Source: Phenylobacterium sp.
GTDB taxonomy: Bacteria; Pseudomonadota; Alphaproteobacteria; Caulobacterales; Caulobacteraceae
Direction: 5' to 3'
NCBI RefSeq assembly: GCF_013822795.1
Contig: NZ_PNLB01000005.1
Location: 77,432 to 141,431 of the forward strand
Length of the DNA stretch: 64,000 bases
Within the stretch, counting starts at the first letter, position 1. The number at the start of each line of letters is the position of its first letter. The translations under genes and the position numbers were made by a program. Positions 13,689-23,517 of this stretch are shown here, one piece after another. A model generated the notes under the pieces. It was given only the letters and a program-made list of their open reading frames with translations. It did no database searches and was not told the DNA's origin.

Positions 13689-14807
13689 TCAGACCCGCAG
13701 CGGCATCAGCACGTACTGGACGTCGGCGTCGACGGGATCGATCACCAGCGCCGGGTCGTTCGGGCCGCCGAAGCGGAACTCGGCGATTTCGCCGGCGATC
13801 TGGTCGGTGACGTCCAGCAGGTAGCGGGCGTTGAACGACAGCTCGAAGGCTTCGCCGTTGTAGTCGACTTCCAGCTCCTCGACGGCCTGGCCGGCTTCCA
13901 TGTTGCGGACCGTGAGGATGATCCGGCCGGGCTCGATGGCCATGCGCACCGAGCGGCTCTTCTCCGCCGAGATGGTGGCGACGCGGTCGACGGCCTTGGC
14001 GAACAGCTTGTTGTCGACCAGCATGATGCGGTCGTTGCCCTGCGGGATCACGCGGCTGTAGTCGGGGAACGAGCCGTCGATGACCTTCGAGGTCAGGGCC
14101 GCGCCGTTGAAGTCCAGGCGGATCTTCTGGGGGCTGACCTGCAGGTCGACGTTCTCGCCGGCGTCCTCGAGCAGGCGGCGGGCCTCGCCGATGGTCTTGC
14201 GCGGGACGATGACGCCGGGGGCGCCAGCCGAGCCCTCGGGGGCGATCATCTCGGCCAGGGCCAGGCGGTGGCCGTCGGTGGCCACGGCGCGCAGCTTCTG
14301 GACGCCGTTGTCGACGACGGTGTGGAGATAGAGGCCGTTCAGGTAGTAGCGGGTCTCTTCGGTCGAGATCGCAAAGCGAGTCTTGTCGATCAGCCGGATC
14401 AGGTCGCCGACATCGACGCTGGTGCGGCTGGAGAGGCCGTCCGAGGACATCACCGGGAAGTCGCCGGCCGGCAGCACCGGCAGGTTGAAGCGCGAGCGGC
14501 CTGCGGCCACGGTCAGACGCGGATCCTCGCCGGTGAACGACAGCGACACGTCCGCGCCCTCGGGCAGCTTGCGGACGATCTCGTAGAGGGTGTGGGCCGG
14601 GGCCGTGATCTGGCCCGGCTGGTCGACCTGGGCCAGGGCCTCGTCGATGATTTCCATGTCGAGGTCGGTGGCCGAGAAGGTCAGCCGGTCGCGTTCCGCC
14701 GACAGGAGGACGTTTGAAAGGATTGGGATGGTGTTGCGGCGCTCGACCGCGCTTTGCACGTGACCCAGCGCCTTCATCAGCGCCGCCCGTTCAATCGTAA
14801 GCTTCAT
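13689..14807 (-). CDS. dnaN: DNA polymerase III beta sliding clamp
   Basis: ERRNTIPILSNV, SATDLD, EETRYYLNG, ATDGHRL, LMPLRV. Confidence 0.99.
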   Translation of the reverse strand: MKLTIERAALMKALGHVQSAVERRNTIPILSNVLLSAERDRLTFSATDLDMEIIDEALAQVDQPGQITAPAHTLYEIVRKLPEGADVSLSFTGEDPRLTVAAGRSRFNLPVLPAGDFPVMSSDGLSSRTSVDVGDLIRLIDKTRFAISTEETRYYLNGLYLHTVVDNGVQKLRAVATDGHRLALAEMIAPEGSAGAPGVIVPRKTIGEARRLLEDAGENVDLQVSPQKIRLDFNGAALTSKVIDGSFPDYSRVIPQGNDRIMLVDNKLFAKAVDRVATISAEKSRSVRMAIEPGRIILTVRNMEAGQAVEELEVDYNGEAFELSFNARYLLDVTDQIAGEIAEFRFGGPNDPALVIDPVDADVQYVLMPLRV

Positions 14808-14936
14808 GTTCCGGTCCGAATCTCTCCAAGCGCCGACGCCAGGTGCGCCGCGCCCCCTGTGCTGGAGGGACTTGGGACATTAGCCGAATTGCAGACCGGT
14901 GGAAGAGGGTGCGGCTAACTGAACGGGGGAAACCCT

Positions 14937-15884
14937 TCAGGCGTTGGCGATATCGAAGCGCACGGCCGAGCGGCCGAAATCCACCGAGACGGTTTCGAAC
15001 TGGGTCAGCAGGTCGATGCCGATCATGATGGTCGGGGTCTCGTGCAGGTCCCAGAGCTTGAAGATCGGCATGTCCGAGAACACCACCGGCACGTTTCCCA
15101 GGTTCAGGCCGCCGAGGCGGATGAACGGCAGGTTGAGCTGCTCGCCGCTGAACCGCTCGCCGGCGATGGAGATCAGCCCGACCTGGGTGGAGCGGTGGAC
15201 GGCGGCGGGGTCGAGGCGCACGATCAGCCGCCTCAGCGCCGCGTTGCCGAGCGAGAACTGCGAGCCGGAATCGATCATCGCGCTGATCGCCCGGCCGCTG
15301 ATGTCGGCGTCGACGATGGTCAGCTGGCCGGACTTGCGGCGGGCGGGCACGACGACCTTGCCCTTGGCGCTGGCCTCATGCCGCGACTTGGTGATTTCCA
15401 AGGTGTTGCCGGCGAATCCCATGACCAGGCGCTGGCCCTTCAGCCAGTCGATTCCGAGCACGCCGTCGATGTCGAAGGACGACATCGGCAGCACCGGCGC
15501 CTGGACTTTCTTGCGGACGCGGGCGCCGATTTCGAGCCGGTCGAGCACGACGCTGGGGCGGCCGCGGGCGCCGACGATGGTGTGCACCTTCAGTTCGCGG
15601 CCGGCCGGCAGGGCGAGCTTGTCGGCCAGCTCGGCCGAGATGCAGGAGACGTTGGCGCCGGTGTCGACCATGAAGCGATAGGGGCCCAGGCCGTTGATCG
15701 TCACGGGCGCGGTGATGTGCTCGAAAAGCTGCCGGGTGATGGCGATGGTGGTGGGCGTATCGTCAGGTTCTGGCGCGGGAGCCTCAGGAACCTGCCCGAA
15801 GGCGCGCGGCGCGGTGAACAGCAGTCCCCCGGCGGCGGCGAGTTTGCCGAGTGCAAGGCGGCGAGTCTGCGACCCGACCAGCAC
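14937..15884 (-). CDS. Aspartyl protease with two retropepsin-like domains
   Basis: FMVDTGAN and AMIDSGSQ motifs, DGVLGID and IGIDLL; AGGGAG RBS before GTG15884; RR-containing leader. Confidence 0.85.
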   Translation of the reverse strand: MLVGSQTRRLALGKLAAAGGLLFTAPRAFGQVPEAPAPEPDDTPTTIAITRQLFEHITAPVTINGLGPYRFMVDTGANVSCISAELADKLALPAGRELKVHTIVGARGRPSVVLDRLEIGARVRKKVQAPVLPMSSFDIDGVLGIDWLKGQRLVMGFAGNTLEITKSRHEASAKGKVVVPARRKSGQLTIVDADISGRAISAMIDSGSQFSLGNAALRRLIVRLDPAAVHRSTQVGLISIAGERFSGEQLNLPFIRLGGLNLGNVPVVFSDMPIFKLWDLHETPTIMIGIDLLTQFETVSVDFGRSAVRFDIANA

Positions 15885-16113
15885 GTTCTGCTCCCTGATG
15901 TTCCAGCAAAGTCTACGCCCAGTGCGGGAAACCGTCAATTTTTCTAGAGGCTTAGCATCACCGCAGGGTTGCGGCGGACGAGACGGCGCCCGCGACGTCC
16001 TAACGACCGGCGCCATGGCTCGGGCGCCGGCGGCCGGAAGGGCGGCGCGGCGCCTATCGGACGCTATCGGCAGCGGGACCAGAAACCTGCCGATAGCGTC
16101 CAGCAACCTGCTG

Positions 16114-17241
16114 TCAGGCGGCCGCGGCCAGGCCCTCGTAGGCCGCCGCGATCAGGGCGACATCGCGCGGGTCGCCGACCAGGTCGGTCCCCATGCGGTT
16201 CATCGTGTAGGCCAGGGCCAGCTTGCGGCCCGGATCGACCATGGCGAACGAGCCGCCCCAGCCGGAGTGGCCGAAGGTCGCCTCCGCCGGGCCATAGAGG
16301 CCGTCGGTGTTGAGCAGGAAGCCGGCCCCCCAGCGGGCCGGGACGCCGAGCACCTCGTCGACGCCGCTGATCCGCAAGGCCGTGGCCTCAGCCAAGGCCT
16401 GCGGCGACAGCAGCCGGCCGGCGGCGACTTCGCCAAACAGCCGAGCCAGCGAGCGGGCGTTGGAGAAGCCGTTGGCCGAGACCAGCTCGCAGGCGCGCCA
16501 GGCCGCGGTGTTGGGCAGCAGCGGCTCGATGACCGGGTTGAGGTAGGCCGCCGCCTGCGAGGGGTTGAGGTCGGTGGTCATGTTCGAGGTCGCCAGCTCG
16601 GGCGGGGCGATCATCTCGGCGCGGCGGGCCTCCTCGGAGACCGGCAGGCCGAGCGTCAGGTGCAGGCCGAGCGGGGCGGACAGCTCGGCGGCGATGAAGG
16701 CCCCCAGGCTGCGGCCCTCGATGCGGCGGAACAGCTCGCCGGCCAGCACGCCGATCGAGATGGCGTGGTAGCCCGAGCGCGAGCCCGGCGGCCACAGCGG
16801 CTCGGAGGCGGCCAGCCGCGCGGCGGCGGCGGGCTGGTCGTAGAAGTCCTCGACCACGGCCGGGTCGCGGAAGCTGCACAGCCCGGCCTGGTGCGAGAGC
16901 AGCATGGCGATGGTGACGCCGTCCTTGCCGTGGGCGGCGAACTCCGGCCACCAGCGGGTGACGAGGTCGTCGTAGGCGCAGGCGCCGCGGTCGACCAGCA
17001 TGGCGAAGCAGAGCGCGCCGATCGCCTTGGTCGTCGACCAGATATTGACCACCGAGTCGGCGGCCCAGGGCCGGGCGCCGGCGGCGTCGAGGCTGCCGGC
17101 CCAGAGATCGACGACGGGGGCGCCGTCGATCACCAGGGAGAGCGCCGCGCCGACGTCGCCGCGGTAGGCGAAGTTGCGTTCGAACTCGGCCGCCAGGGCG
17201 GCGAAGGCAGGGTCGGCGGAGCCGTGGATCTGGATGCTCAT
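16114..17241 (-). CDS. Serine hydrolase (class C beta-lactamase/EstA esterase family)
   Basis: SxxK motif (STTK), LLSHQAG, GYHA, FGHSGWGG; ATGA overlap with the receptor. Confidence 0.92.
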   Translation of the reverse strand: MSIQIHGSADPAFAALAAEFERNFAYRGDVGAALSLVIDGAPVVDLWAGSLDAAGARPWAADSVVNIWSTTKAIGALCFAMLVDRGACAYDDLVTRWWPEFAAHGKDGVTIAMLLSHQAGLCSFRDPAVVEDFYDQPAAAARLAASEPLWPPGSRSGYHAISIGVLAGELFRRIEGRSLGAFIAAELSAPLGLHLTLGLPVSEEARRAEMIAPPELATSNMTTDLNPSQAAAYLNPVIEPLLPNTAAWRACELVSANGFSNARSLARLFGEVAAGRLLSPQALAEATALRISGVDEVLGVPARWGAGFLLNTDGLYGPAEATFGHSGWGGSFAMVDPGRKLALAYTMNRMGTDLVGDPRDVALIAAAYEGLAAAA

Positions 17242-19454
17242 TGGAAGGCCTTTGAGACGGTGACGCCGAACGTGCGCGGGGCGCCGTAGACGCGGAAGCC
17301 GAAGCCGAGGGGCAGGTTGTTCACGCCCTGGGTCACGTACTCCTCGTCGGCGAGATTGCGGCCCCAGACGGCGATTTCCCAATCGTTCGGCAGGGCGACG
17401 CTGGCGCGGGCGTTCCACACCCAATAGGCGTCGGTGGCGATCAGCGGGTCGTTGAGCGCGTCCTTGAACGTGTCGTCGGTATAGCGGCCGTCGACCTGGA
17501 TGCGGCCGGTGGCGTCCTGGCCAAGGTCGAAGCTGTAGGCGGCCGAGGTCGTGAAGCTGACCTCCGGCGCGTCGGGGAGCTTGTTGCCCTTCGGCACGGG
17601 ACCGTACGACGAGGCGAAGGCGCCGAGCTCGGTGTGCAGCAGGCCAAGGCCCGCCACCAGGTCGAGGCCCGGTAGGGCGGCCGGCGACCAGGTCGCGTCA
17701 AGGTCGAGGCCGTAGATCGAGGCCTCGTCGACATTGCCCAGCCGCTGGATCGGCAGGCCGCCGGAGGTGTCGCGGATGAAGGTCTGCACGTCGGAATAGT
17801 CGTAGAAGAAGGCGCTGGCCGACCAGGAAAGGCCGAGCTCCGGCAGTCGCTGCTTCACCCCTACCTCGTAGTCGATGAGGGTCTCGGGCCCGTAGGGCTG
17901 GAGCTGGGCGGAGGTGGTGGCCACGCCCGAGAAGAAGCCGCCGCTCTTCACGCCCTGGCTGATCAGGCCGTAGACCAGGGTCAGCGGGTTCGGCTTCCAG
18001 TTGAGGCCGAGCTTCCAGGACCAGTTGGTGTCGTCGATGGTCTCGTCGATATAGGCCAGGGTGACCGGGCCGGCGCCGCAGGGGGTCATGGACAGGAAGC
18101 TGGCCGGGCAGTTGGGGACCAGGTCGAAGTCGGCGCCGACATTGGCCTTTTCTTCCCAGGTGTAGCGCAGGCCCGCGACCAGGCTGAGGTCGCTGGCGAA
18201 GCGCCACTCGACATTGCCGAAGGCGGCGGCCGACTTCGAGGTCTGGTCGGTGAAGGTCAGGAGCTTGGTGTTGAACAGGTCCTGCAGCGAGCCGTCATAG
18301 GTCATTTTCACGCGGTCGCGGGAGGCGAACACCCCGACGATCCAGTCGGCCTGCTCGGTGGCGCCCGACAAGCGCAGCTCCTGGGAGATCTGGCTGATCT
18401 TGTCGCGCTCGATGAAGTCGGTCTGGCGGTAAGGCGTGGCGTCGGTGTCAGCGCCCCACTCGCGCTTGAAGTCGACATAGCCGGTGATCGAGGTCAGGTC
18501 GGCCCAGCCGAGGTCGGCGGTCAGCCGCACGGTGGCCGCGCGCTGGTCGACGTCATAGGCCGGGTCGACCGACCAGGCGCCGGCGAACGGATTCCCATCG
18601 GTGTCGGTATAGCCCTGGAAGTCCATGCAGGCCGGGGAGCCGGGGCAGATGAGGCCCGCTGGAGCGCCGGGCGGGGTGAGAGCGCCGAAGAACTCGGGGC
18701 CGCCGACCTCGGAGCGGGTCTTCTGGACCTCGAGCTTGACCAGGACCTCGACGTCCTCGGTGGCGGCCCACAGCGCCTGGGCGCGGGCCACCCCCACCTC
18801 GCGGCGACCGATGTCGCGGCCGAGCAGGCGGTTGTCGAAGAAGCCCTCGTCCTGCTTCACCGCCTTGCCGGCGAAACGCAGGGCCAGGGTGTCGGAGACC
18901 GGCAGGTTGACCATGCCCTCGATCTCAGCGGTCTGGTAATTGCCGTAGCCGGCGGCGAGGCGGCCGAACGTCCCGTCAAAGCTGGGCTTGGCGGTGACGA
19001 TGTTGATGGCGCCGGCGGTCGAGTTGCGGCCGTAGAGCGTGCCTTGCGGACCCTTCAGCGCCTCCATCCGCTCCAGGTCGAAGAGGTCGAAGTTCATCAA
19101 CGCCAGCGAGCTCAGATAGACCTCGTCGACATAGACCCCGGCGCCGGGATTGTTGGTCACCGAGAAGTCGTTGAGGCCGACGCCGCGGATCGTCACCACC
19201 GGCAGCACGCCGGGCATGTTTTCCTTGATGTCGACGTTGGGGGTGAAGGCGACGAGGTCGCTGACCTGGCTGACGCGGCGGTCCGAGAGCTCCTGGGCGC
19301 CGATGACGGCGACGTTGAGGCCGACGTCGAGGGTGTCCTGGGTGCGCTTCTGGGCGGTGACGGTGACCGCCTCGATCTCGACCGGCTCGGCGGCGCTGGC
19401 CGCGCCGGCGCTGAAGGCCAGGGCGGCGGCCCCGGCCAGCAGCCGTGCGCGCAT
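17238..19454 (-). CDS. TonB-dependent receptor
   Basis: Signal peptide, VTVTAQKR, IRGVG, LKGPQGTLYGRN plug motif, PRTFGVTVSKAF terminus. Confidence 0.95.
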   Translation of the reverse strand: MRARLLAGAAALAFSAGAASAAEPVEIEAVTVTAQKRTQDTLDVGLNVAVIGAQELSDRRVSQVSDLVAFTPNVDIKENMPGVLPVVTIRGVGLNDFSVTNNPGAGVYVDEVYLSSLALMNFDLFDLERMEALKGPQGTLYGRNSTAGAINIVTAKPSFDGTFGRLAAGYGNYQTAEIEGMVNLPVSDTLALRFAGKAVKQDEGFFDNRLLGRDIGRREVGVARAQALWAATEDVEVLVKLEVQKTRSEVGGPEFFGALTPPGAPAGLICPGSPACMDFQGYTDTDGNPFAGAWSVDPAYDVDQRAATVRLTADLGWADLTSITGYVDFKREWGADTDATPYRQTDFIERDKISQISQELRLSGATEQADWIVGVFASRDRVKMTYDGSLQDLFNTKLLTFTDQTSKSAAAFGNVEWRFASDLSLVAGLRYTWEEKANVGADFDLVPNCPASFLSMTPCGAGPVTLAYIDETIDDTNWSWKLGLNWKPNPLTLVYGLISQGVKSGGFFSGVATTSAQLQPYGPETLIDYEVGVKQRLPELGLSWSASAFFYDYSDVQTFIRDTSGGLPIQRLGNVDEASIYGLDLDATWSPAALPGLDLVAGLGLLHTELGAFASSYGPVPKGNKLPDAPEVSFTTSAAYSFDLGQDATGRIQVDGRYTDDTFKDALNDPLIATDAYWVWNARASVALPNDWEIAVWGRNLADEEYVTQGVNNLPLGFGFRVYGAPRTFGVTVSKAFQ

Positions 19455-19587
19455 GGTGTTGGAATTCCTCAAAGTTCCCTCCCCGAGACAGCGGCGTCGC
19501 TCGTTGGCGCGCCATTTTTCGACATCTGAGTTTGGCCGGATAACGACACGACCAAATCCAACCGTCAACAAACTTCGACATTTGCGT

Positions 19588-20898
19588 ATGTCTGGTGTAC
19601 GGATTGACGAAGGACGGCGAAGGCGCGACGAACGGCCGATGGCGGGCAGTGGCGATCAGGGGAGCGGCAAGCCGGCGCGCAAGCGTGCGGCCAAGCGCGA
19701 CCTGCTGTTTGCGGAGGCCGCGCGCGAGCTCAACGCCATGGGCGCGGGCGGCATGGCGATCAACGACGTCGCCGACCGCGTCGGCCTCTCGCGCAACGCC
19801 CTCTACTACTATGTCGCCGACCGTGCCGACCTGGTGTTTGGGGCCTATCAGCGGGCCTGCGAGGCGACCACGGACGACCTGGCCAGCGCCGCGGACGCCA
19901 GCCAGGACCCGCGCGAGCGGCTGGCCCGCTTCGTCGATCTGCAGCTGGCCTTCGAACGAGCGCCGCAGGCGGTGCTGAGCGACGTCGACTTCCTGCCGCC
20001 GGCGCAGCGCGGGGTCATCGCCGAGCTGCAGGCGCGGAACGTGGCGATCCTGCGTGGCTGGCTGGAGGCCGGGGCGGCGAGCGGCGTCCTGCGCCCCTGC
20101 AACAGCCTGATCGCGGCCCAGGCGCTGCTGGGCATGATCGCCTGGAGCCGGCTGTCGCCTGACTGGCTCGGCTATCGCGACGGGCCCGCGGCGCGGCGGC
20201 GGATCGGCCAGGCGATCGTCGACACGATGCTGAACGGCTTTGCGACCGGCCCGCGCGCGGCGCCGCTGTGCACGCTGGACATCGAGGCGCTGACCTCGCG
20301 GGCGTTCAATCTGTTCGACCGCCAGCAGACCAACGAGATCAAGATCGCCCAGCTGATCGCCGCGGCCTCACGGCTGTTCAATCAGCGCGGCATCGCGGGG
20401 GCGTCGCTGGACGACATCGGGGCCGAGGTCGGGGCGACCAAGGGCGCGATCTACCACTACTTCGACGACAAGGCCGACCTTGTCGCCCGCTGCTACCGCC
20501 GCGCCTTCGAACTCTACGACCTGATCATCGACACCGCCGTCGCCCAGGGCCGCGACGGTTTGGACAAGGCGCTGATCACCCTGCACCTGAACGTTCAGGC
20601 GCAGGCCGGGCCGACCTCGCCGCTGATGCCGCAGCCGGGTCGGCGGGCCCTGGCCGACGCTGACCGCGCCGCCTTCGACCGCGCCGGCCAGAAATTGCAC
20701 ATGACCACCAACCGCAGCCTGCGCCAGGGCATCGCTGACGGCTCGGTGCGCCCGTGCGACACGGTGTTCGTCGGCCAGGTCGCGGCCGGGATCTTCCTCT
20801 GGCTGCCGAAGTGGCTGCCGGCCGACTATCCGCTCACCCCCCGCCAGATCGCCGAGGAAGTCTGCGACGTGGTCGCGTATGGCTTGGCGGTGCGGTAA
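19588..20898 (+). CDS. Tandem (double) TetR/AcrR-family regulator
   Basis: Two HTH units, INDVADRVGLSRNALYYY and LDDIGAEVGATKGAIYHYF; start could be 19588 or 19639. Confidence 0.9.
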   Translation: MSGVRIDEGRRRRDERPMAGSGDQGSGKPARKRAAKRDLLFAEAARELNAMGAGGMAINDVADRVGLSRNALYYYVADRADLVFGAYQRACEATTDDLASAADASQDPRERLARFVDLQLAFERAPQAVLSDVDFLPPAQRGVIAELQARNVAILRGWLEAGAASGVLRPCNSLIAAQALLGMIAWSRLSPDWLGYRDGPAARRRIGQAIVDTMLNGFATGPRAAPLCTLDIEALTSRAFNLFDRQQTNEIKIAQLIAAASRLFNQRGIAGASLDDIGAEVGATKGAIYHYFDDKADLVARCYRRAFELYDLIIDTAVAQGRDGLDKALITLHLNVQAQAGPTSPLMPQPGRRALADADRAAFDRAGQKLHMTTNRSLRQGIADGSVRPCDTVFVGQVAAGIFLWLPKWLPADYPLTPRQIAEEVCDVVAYGLAVR

Positions 20899-20902
20899 GG
20901 GC

Positions 20903-21199
20903 GTGCCGCTGTTGGTCATACCTTTGATGTTCGGGGCCTTGGCCGGCGGCCTGTATGCGCTGATGGCGCTACAGACCGGGGCCTATGCGAAGGCCGTCGG
21001 GCTCGTCTTGCTCGGAGTCGTCAGCTGGGTGGCTGCGGACCACACGCGTTGTCCGAGGTGCAGCCGTCGGCCGATGGAGAAGGGCTGGGACGAAGGCATG
21101 TACATGCCGAGCGACATCTCCGATCACTGCCGCCATTGCGGCCGCTACACGCTCTACATCTGGCCGTTCCAGTACCTGCTGGCCAAGGAAGAACCGTGA
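20903..21199 (+). CDS. Small membrane protein with a C-terminal zinc ribbon (hypothetical)
   Basis: Two TM segments followed by CPRC...CRHC; GTG start 4 nt after the TetR stop, preceded by AAGGG. Confidence 0.6.
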   Translation: MPLLVIPLMFGALAGGLYALMALQTGAYAKAVGLVLLGVVSWVAADHTRCPRCSRRPMEKGWDEGMYMPSDISDHCRHCGRYTLYIWPFQYLLAKEEP

Positions 21200-21233
21200 G
21201 CGAGGCGCCTGGCCATCCAGTGGGTAGGCGTGG

Positions 21234-22445
21234 TCAGGTTTCGGCGGGCCTCTCCGCTGAGACGCGGGCGCGCGGAAGATAGAGCGCCAGCGCCGCGGCG
21301 ATCGCCAATGCGGCCGTGACGGCGGCGATCGGCCAGCCGAGGGTCGAAACCAGCGGTCCGCCGGCCGCGGCGCCAAGGCTGCCGCCGACGAAATAGATGA
21401 CCATGTAGGTGCTGTTCAGCTGAGCCGGTCGCAGAGGGTCCAGGCGAATGACCCGCGACTGGTTGGCCACCTGCGCGGCGAATAGGCCGGCGTCAAAGAG
21501 CGCCAGAGCGAGCAGCGTCAGGGGCGCGGAGCCGAGGCTGGGCGCGATCGTCAGGGTGCAGGCGAGCGCCAGGACCAGACCGCCGATGACGACCGGGCGG
21601 CTGCCGAAACGGTCGGCCAGGCGTCCGGCCAGCGGCGTCGCGGCCATGCCTGCCAGCCCCGCCAGCGAGTAGAGCCCGACCGTCGTCGGCGACAGGCCGT
21701 AGGGCGGCAACGACAGCGCGAGGGAAACGCCCACCCAGACCAGGCTGAAGGCGAAGAACCAGAGCGCGCCCGCGATGGCCGCAATCAGCAGGTCGGGTTG
21801 GGCGCGCAAGAGCTGCGGCGTAGAGAGCAGTCCTCCGAGCCATGACACCAGCGCGCGCGGGACCTGGCGCGGCAGTAACGCGCGGCCGACGACGGCGCAG
21901 ATGAGGCAGGCCCCGGCGACGATGAGCAGCATCGCCCGCCAGCCGACGGCGTCGGTGAGGCCGCCGCCGACGATGCGACCGAGCAGGATCCCTGCCGAAA
22001 TGCCGGCGGTGACGGCTCCCAAGGCGCGGCCCTGGCGGTCGGGCGCGGCGTGCTTGGCCGCCAGGGTGCTCATCTGGGCGCCGGTGCTTGCGCAGATCCC
22101 CGACAACAGGAGGCCGACGCCGAAGAGCTCCACAGAGGTCGCCGCCGCGGCCAGAACCAAGGCTCCGGCGAGCGCGGCGAGCTGGGCGGGGACCAGGACG
22201 CGCGCCGAAGTGCGATCGACCAACGGCACGAGCAGCGCCAGTCCCAGCATGTAGCCGACGATCGGCAGGCCCGCGGCCGCGCTGGCGGCGGCGAGCGAAG
22301 CGTCGAGATCTGCGGCGATCAGGCCGAGCTCGGGCTGGACGGTGTAGCTCGTCGAGGTGGCGACGGCGGCGGCCACGGCGAGGAACAGGATTCGGCCGGC
22401 GCCCAAGTGCGGGACGGCGTCTGCGGGGTTCTGAAATTGGGTCAT
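21234..22445 (-). CDS. MFS transporter (YnfM/YtbD-like)
   Basis: YTVQPEL, LLVPLVDR, GILLGRIVGG, GRLADRFG. Confidence 0.9.
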   Translation of the reverse strand: MTQFQNPADAVPHLGAGRILFLAVAAAVATSTSYTVQPELGLIAADLDASLAAASAAAGLPIVGYMLGLALLVPLVDRTSARVLVPAQLAALAGALVLAAAATSVELFGVGLLLSGICASTGAQMSTLAAKHAAPDRQGRALGAVTAGISAGILLGRIVGGGLTDAVGWRAMLLIVAGACLICAVVGRALLPRQVPRALVSWLGGLLSTPQLLRAQPDLLIAAIAGALWFFAFSLVWVGVSLALSLPPYGLSPTTVGLYSLAGLAGMAATPLAGRLADRFGSRPVVIGGLVLALACTLTIAPSLGSAPLTLLALALFDAGLFAAQVANQSRVIRLDPLRPAQLNSTYMVIYFVGGSLGAAAGGPLVSTLGWPIAAVTAALAIAAALALYLPRARVSAERPAET

Positions 22446-22530
22446 GGGACCGGTTTAGCCGCTGCCCGCGGGCGCATCTGGCGCATTCCGGACCCGGCCA
22501 GACGGGCGTCGCCCGGTCACGTGGCCGGCG

Positions 22531-22983
22531 TCAGCTCAAGGCCGTCGTCGCGGCGCTGAGCTGGACGGCGAGGCTGGTGTCGATCAGGACGGCGAGGTCG
22601 TCGTGGGCTGCGCGCCAGAGCGGGATCGCCGCTTCGAGTTTCAAGGCGCCGGTCTCGGTGAGCCAGACCAGCTTGCGGCGGCCGTCGTCGTCGGGGGTGG
22701 CGATCTCCACGAGCTCTTCGCGGACCAGGCCGGCGAGATTGCGCGACAGGGTCGAAGGATCCAGGCCCATGCGGGCGGCCAGCGCCGTCAGGCTGTCGTC
22801 CTGGGCCGCCGCGATCTGACACATCAGGCCGAACTGCGGAACCGAGAGGCCGCTGGGGGCCAGGCGCTGCTCGATGAACTGGCTGATCCGCCGCGCCGCC
22901 AGCCGGCTGTGGAACGCCGCGCAGCCGTCCAGCGCGGCGGTGGCGTCGGTGCGCAGCGAACGGGATTGCCTGGGCCGGACCAT
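22531..22983 (-). CDS. MarR-family regulator
   Basis: C..SRLAARRI, winged HTH LDPSTLSRNL, DGRRKLVWLT. Confidence 0.9.
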   Translation of the reverse strand: MVRPRQSRSLRTDATAALDGCAAFHSRLAARRISQFIEQRLAPSGLSVPQFGLMCQIAAAQDDSLTALAARMGLDPSTLSRNLAGLVREELVEIATPDDDGRRKLVWLTETGALKLEAAIPLWRAAHDDLAVLIDTSLAVQLSAATTALS

Positions 22984-22990
22984 AATTATA

Positions 22991-23015
22991 TGTAGATACA
23001 ATAATTGTAGATACA
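22991..23015. promoter_or_regulatory. Two near-palindromic TGTAGATACA boxes (probable MarR operators)
   Basis: Identical 10-mers at 22991-23000 and 23006-23015 in the 48-bp AT-rich gap between divergent marR and paaI. Confidence 0.7.
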
Positions 23016-23031
23016 TGAAAAGGCGCGAGCC

Positions 23032-23517
23032 ATGACCGAGGCGACCCTCGAGCGAGAATACGGACTGGCCAGCCCCGAGCAGGCCGCCAGCCTGTCGGGC
23101 CGCGAGTTCCTCGAGGCGATGATCGCCGGCAAGATCCCGGCCCCGCCCAGCGCCCGCACGCTGTCGTTCGAGATCATCGAGGTCGGCGACGGCTATGTGC
23201 GCTACGAGGGGCGGCCGGGGCCGCACCTGCTCAATCCGCTGGGCGTGGTGCACGGCGGCTGGGCCCTGACCCTGATCGACACCGTCACCGCCTGCGCGGT
23301 CCATTCGCGGCTGCCGGCCGGCGTCGGCTATACGACCATCGAGACCAAGGCCAATTTCTCGCGCGCGATCCGCTCCGACACCGGGCCGGTGCGGGCCGAG
23401 GCCAAGGTCGTGACCCTGGGCCGCCAGATCGGCACCGCCGAGGGCTGGCTGAAGGACGGTGAGGGGCGCGTGCTGGCGCACGGAACCTCGACGATCATGA
23501 TCTTCGCGCCGCGGTGA
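23032..23517 (+). CDS. PaaI-family thioesterase
   Basis: NPLGVVHGGW...DT hotdog motif; TTIETKANF. Confidence 0.92.
   Translation: MTEATLEREYGLASPEQAASLSGREFLEAMIAGKIPAPPSARTLSFEIIEVGDGYVRYEGRPGPHLLNPLGVVHGGWALTLIDTVTACAVHSRLPAGVGYTTIETKANFSRAIRSDTGPVRAEAKVVTLGRQIGTAEGWLKDGEGRVLAHGTSTIMIFAPR

Noticed and set aside
14808-14936. Replication origin or DnaA boxes near dnaN
   Set aside because: No dnaA gene, DnaA-box cluster or AT-rich unwinding element is visible
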